Below, piece after piece: positions 61,823 through 64,000 of a stretch of DNA of 64,000 nt. The translations under genes and the position numbers were made by a program. Source of the stretch: Halarcobacter sp. (lineage in GTDB: Bacteria; Campylobacterota; Campylobacteria; Campylobacterales; Arcobacteraceae); assembly GCA_048571215.1 (NCBI GenBank), contig CP182352.1, positions 2,496,001 to 2,560,000 on the forward strand, in the 5' to 3' direction. Below the pieces are notes generated by a model. It was given only the letters and a program-made list of their open reading frames with translations. It searched no databases and was not told where the DNA came from. The first letter of the stretch is position 1; every line of letters starts with the position of its first letter.

Positions 61823-61893
61823 TTATATATAATTATATATATTACTTAGTTAAAAGCTATTGAAAGTGGAGATTCATCCTCAGGGGTGTTAGT
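61815..61893. repeat. 79-bp linker repeat, copy 2
   Basis: One mismatch to 58806-58884. Confidence 0.85.
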
Positions 61894-61899
61894 CTGTGG

Positions 61900-61929
61900 T
61901 TTTTTAAGGTGGCAACTGACCCTTAATTT
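61900..61929 (+). repeat. Cassette junction site type A
   Basis: TTTTTTAAGGTGGCAA-CT-GACCCTTAATTT; first 18 nt identical to the IS110 right end. Confidence 0.85.
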
Positions 61930-61952
61930 CCTTAATTTCTTTATTTTAATTT

Positions 61953-62192
61953 TTAATTTTTCTTATATTGATCCTTGAAATAAATAAATAAAATTATTAT
62001 TACTCCTATAATTATATTTGTAATTGCTGATTTTTCTGATAAATAAACCATTCCTTGACTTTTAAGAATTACTTTATTACCCATTAATGAATATATACCA
62101 AAATATCCTATAAAGATACCACCAAAGATACAACTTAATATAAAATTGGAATATTTATCTGATAATAGTAATTCTAAAAACCATTTTTTCAT
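61953..62192 (-). CDS. Putative immunity membrane protein (cassette 6)
   Basis: 79 aa, 2 TM; ATGA overlap with the toxin-CT. Confidence 0.7.
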   Translation of the reverse strand: MKKWFLELLLSDKYSNFILSCIFGGIFIGYFGIYSLMGNKVILKSQGMVYLSEKSAITNIIIGVIIILFIYFKDQYKKN

Positions 62193-62740
62193 TTTTTTGA
62201 ATTCCTTATATTATTTATAATATTTATTGCAGCACCATGTGGTGTAACAGGTGGCATACTTTCGTTAAAAATATCATTTACTACTTCAACTGTATAAAGT
62301 TTACCTGCAAATCCTTGCGTTTTGAAAATCATAATTACTCCTCTTGCAATCCTTACCGAAGGTAGTGCTAATGCAACATTAAGAGCTAAATATTTATCCT
62401 TAGAACCATGTACTCTTAATTCAGAGACATATCTATATCCACCACCAAGATCAACATAGTAACCATTCTCTCTTTCAATGGGATTTACAATTTTTCCTTT
62501 TCGACCTGTTGATTCAAGATACTTCAAATCTTTTTCAGCCTCATGCAACTTATAATTAAACAAATAAGTAAAAGCCCCCTTAACTGCACCATTAGCAAAT
62601 TTGCCACCAGAAATAACAGAAACTGTTCCTGATAAAACTCCACTTACCATTGCTTGAATTGCTTCATGTGCTTTTCCTAAATATTTTCCAACTATAGGAG
62701 CAAAAAAGGAACTTGCAAAACCAGACCAAAAACCTGAACT
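62189..62740 (-). pseudogene. Orphan polymorphic toxin C-terminal module (cassette 6)
   Basis: SSGFWSGFA..GGKFANGAVKGAFTYLFN plus a variable tail. Confidence 0.75.
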
Positions 62741-62745
62741 CTATC

Positions 62746-62770
62746 GATAAAAGTGCCTGTCCCCTTTATT
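62746..62770 (+). repeat. Cassette junction site type B
   Basis: GATAAAAGTGC-CT-GTCCCCTTTATT. Confidence 0.85.
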
Positions 62771-62774
62771 TTTA

Positions 62775-63089
62775 TTATCTTTCATCAGGAAATTTTTCAA
62801 AATATTTTTCAAAATCAATTGTTTTTATATCACATTTAGGACACATACCTTTTTCTAAAGTAGAATAAGTATATGTCTCTTTACATTTTGGGCATTTTGA
62901 ATATTCAATTTTTTGTTTTATTCTTTTTGCTAAAAAATAAATAAAAATGGCAGAAAATACCCATAGTAAAGACTCTATATTCGAAACCTTATGCCAATGT
63001 CGGACATAAACCTCTCCATAAAACAAACCTAGAATACCTTCAATAAAATTTACTATTGAAATTAAATATAAACTATTCTTTAAATTCAT
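62775..63089 (-). CDS. Putative immunity protein, 2 TM plus Zn ribbon (cassette 7)
   Basis: CPKC..CPKC after two hydrophobic segments; TAATG overlap with the upstream ORF. Confidence 0.65.
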   Translation of the reverse strand: MNLKNSLYLISIVNFIEGILGLFYGEVYVRHWHKVSNIESLLWVFSAIFIYFLAKRIKQKIEYSKCPKCKETYTYSTLEKGMCPKCDIKTIDFEKYFEKFPDER

Positions 63090-63457
63090 TATTCATTACT
63101 TTTTAAAAATTCTACTAATGACTTTCTATTATCATACATATTATAAATTTTTCCAAAACTAGTATCAGCAGGCATACTAGAATTTACAACATCATTAGTG
63201 AAATTAACTACAGCTATAGCTTCAAGTGGTCTAGTGTAAAATAATGTCTTCACAAAATTATATGCCTTTACTATAGGAACAAACAAAGTTATTACACCTA
63301 TTGCAGTTAAATCTCCATGTGAATTTATTTTTCTTTCACCTACTGGATTTTCTGCGGCATATCCTATTGAATTATTTAAAACTTTCGCATCATTTGCTGT
63401 TTGAAGATATTTATAAGATGCATTAAACAAATGCACAAAAGCTCCCGTGACAGACAC
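63089..63457 (-). pseudogene. Orphan polymorphic toxin C-terminal module (cassette 7)
   Basis: VTGAFVHLFN plus a tail with NDVVNSSMP; begins at an inverted junction-like site. Confidence 0.7.
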
Positions 63458-63465
63458 CTTTACTC

Positions 63466-64000
63466 CTACTCCCCACTAATTATACTTTGATTAATCACAC
63501 CAACCATAGCTTTTATAAGCAAACTATTATCTTTTTTTATTGGTTCAAACTCTTTTTCTGTTATATTCTCGATATCATTAGGTACTTCAAATCCTACTTT
63601 TTCATTAATTGATGATAAACCTGAAAGATAAACCATATTGAATGTTGGAAAATTCTTATACTTTATTTCTCCTAAAGGATTTAACAAATACATTTTTGCA
63701 TCAACACCCAAAACAGAAAAATATTTTTTAAATCCAATAAAATGATGAGATACCAAACCTGAACCCTTATTTGTATAGAGAAAAGGATGAAGATATAGGC
63801 TAACATTCGAATCATTTATTACTATAACCGCTTTTAATTTTAAATCATTTACAAGCTTATCATAAATATTTTGTTTGTTTATAATCCATTCTTTTTCATT
63901 TGCTATTATTAGATTATTTAATGACTCTAAGCTAATGTTTTCTTGATCTAAATTAACTAATTTAACATTTATTTGACTTTTTAGTTCTTCTTCAATTTGT
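63466..64000 (-). CDS. Hypothetical protein, partial (frame open to window end)
   Basis: Manual translation shows no stop from 63999 down to the TAG at 63466. Confidence 0.6.
   Translation of the reverse strand, partial: QIEEELKSQINVKLVNLDQENISLESLNNLIIANEKEWIINKQNIYDKLVNDLKLKAVIVINDSNVSLYLHPFLYTNKGSGLVSHHFIGFKKYFSVLGVDAKMYLLNPLGEIKYKNFPTFNMVYLSGLSSINEKVGFEVPNDIENITEKEFEPIKKDNSLLIKAMVGVINQSIISGE

Noticed and set aside
57824..62770. Junction repeats as a CRISPR array
   Set aside because: Spacing is 0.5-1.1 kb and irregular, the intervals contain genes, and no cas genes are present.
57824..63465. Classical integron with attC sites
   Set aside because: The sites lack the RYYYAAC..GTTRRRY palindromic arms, and there is no tyrosine integrase in the window.

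Overview
Very AT-rich chromosomal window from a Campylobacterota bacterium, most likely Arcobacteraceae (inferred from gene content and order). Most of it is housekeeping: leuS, folC, secDF-yajC, lnt, cca, proS, hemA, hisD, aroK, fbaA, hsrA-like regulator, eptA-PAP2-dgkA, biotin carboxylase. Three accessory regions stand out. (1) 0.7-9 kb is a probable phosphate-starvation module: a PhoX/choice-of-anchor-I fusion lipoprotein, a di-haem lipoprotein and a 5'-nucleotidase remnant, divergent from an OlsF-like lipid synthase, with mirror-image 11-bp-periodic boxes in both promoters. (2) 24.1-27.4 kb holds an HNH-like gene and three copies of a ~230-350 bp nested-hairpin element with compensatory changes. 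One copy is split by an IS110 element whose left end appears to encode a bridge RNA with readable target and donor guides. (3) 57.8-64 kb is an array of at least 7 orphan polymorphic-toxin C-terminal/immunity cassettes. Cassette junctions carry a CT-core site, and several are identical or nearly so to the IS110 right-end donor sequence (TTTTTTAAGGTGGCAACT) 31-35 kb away. This suggests a toxin-cassette array assembled or shuffled by site-specific recombination, possibly RNA-guided. All family assignments come from motif recognition by eye, not database searches.
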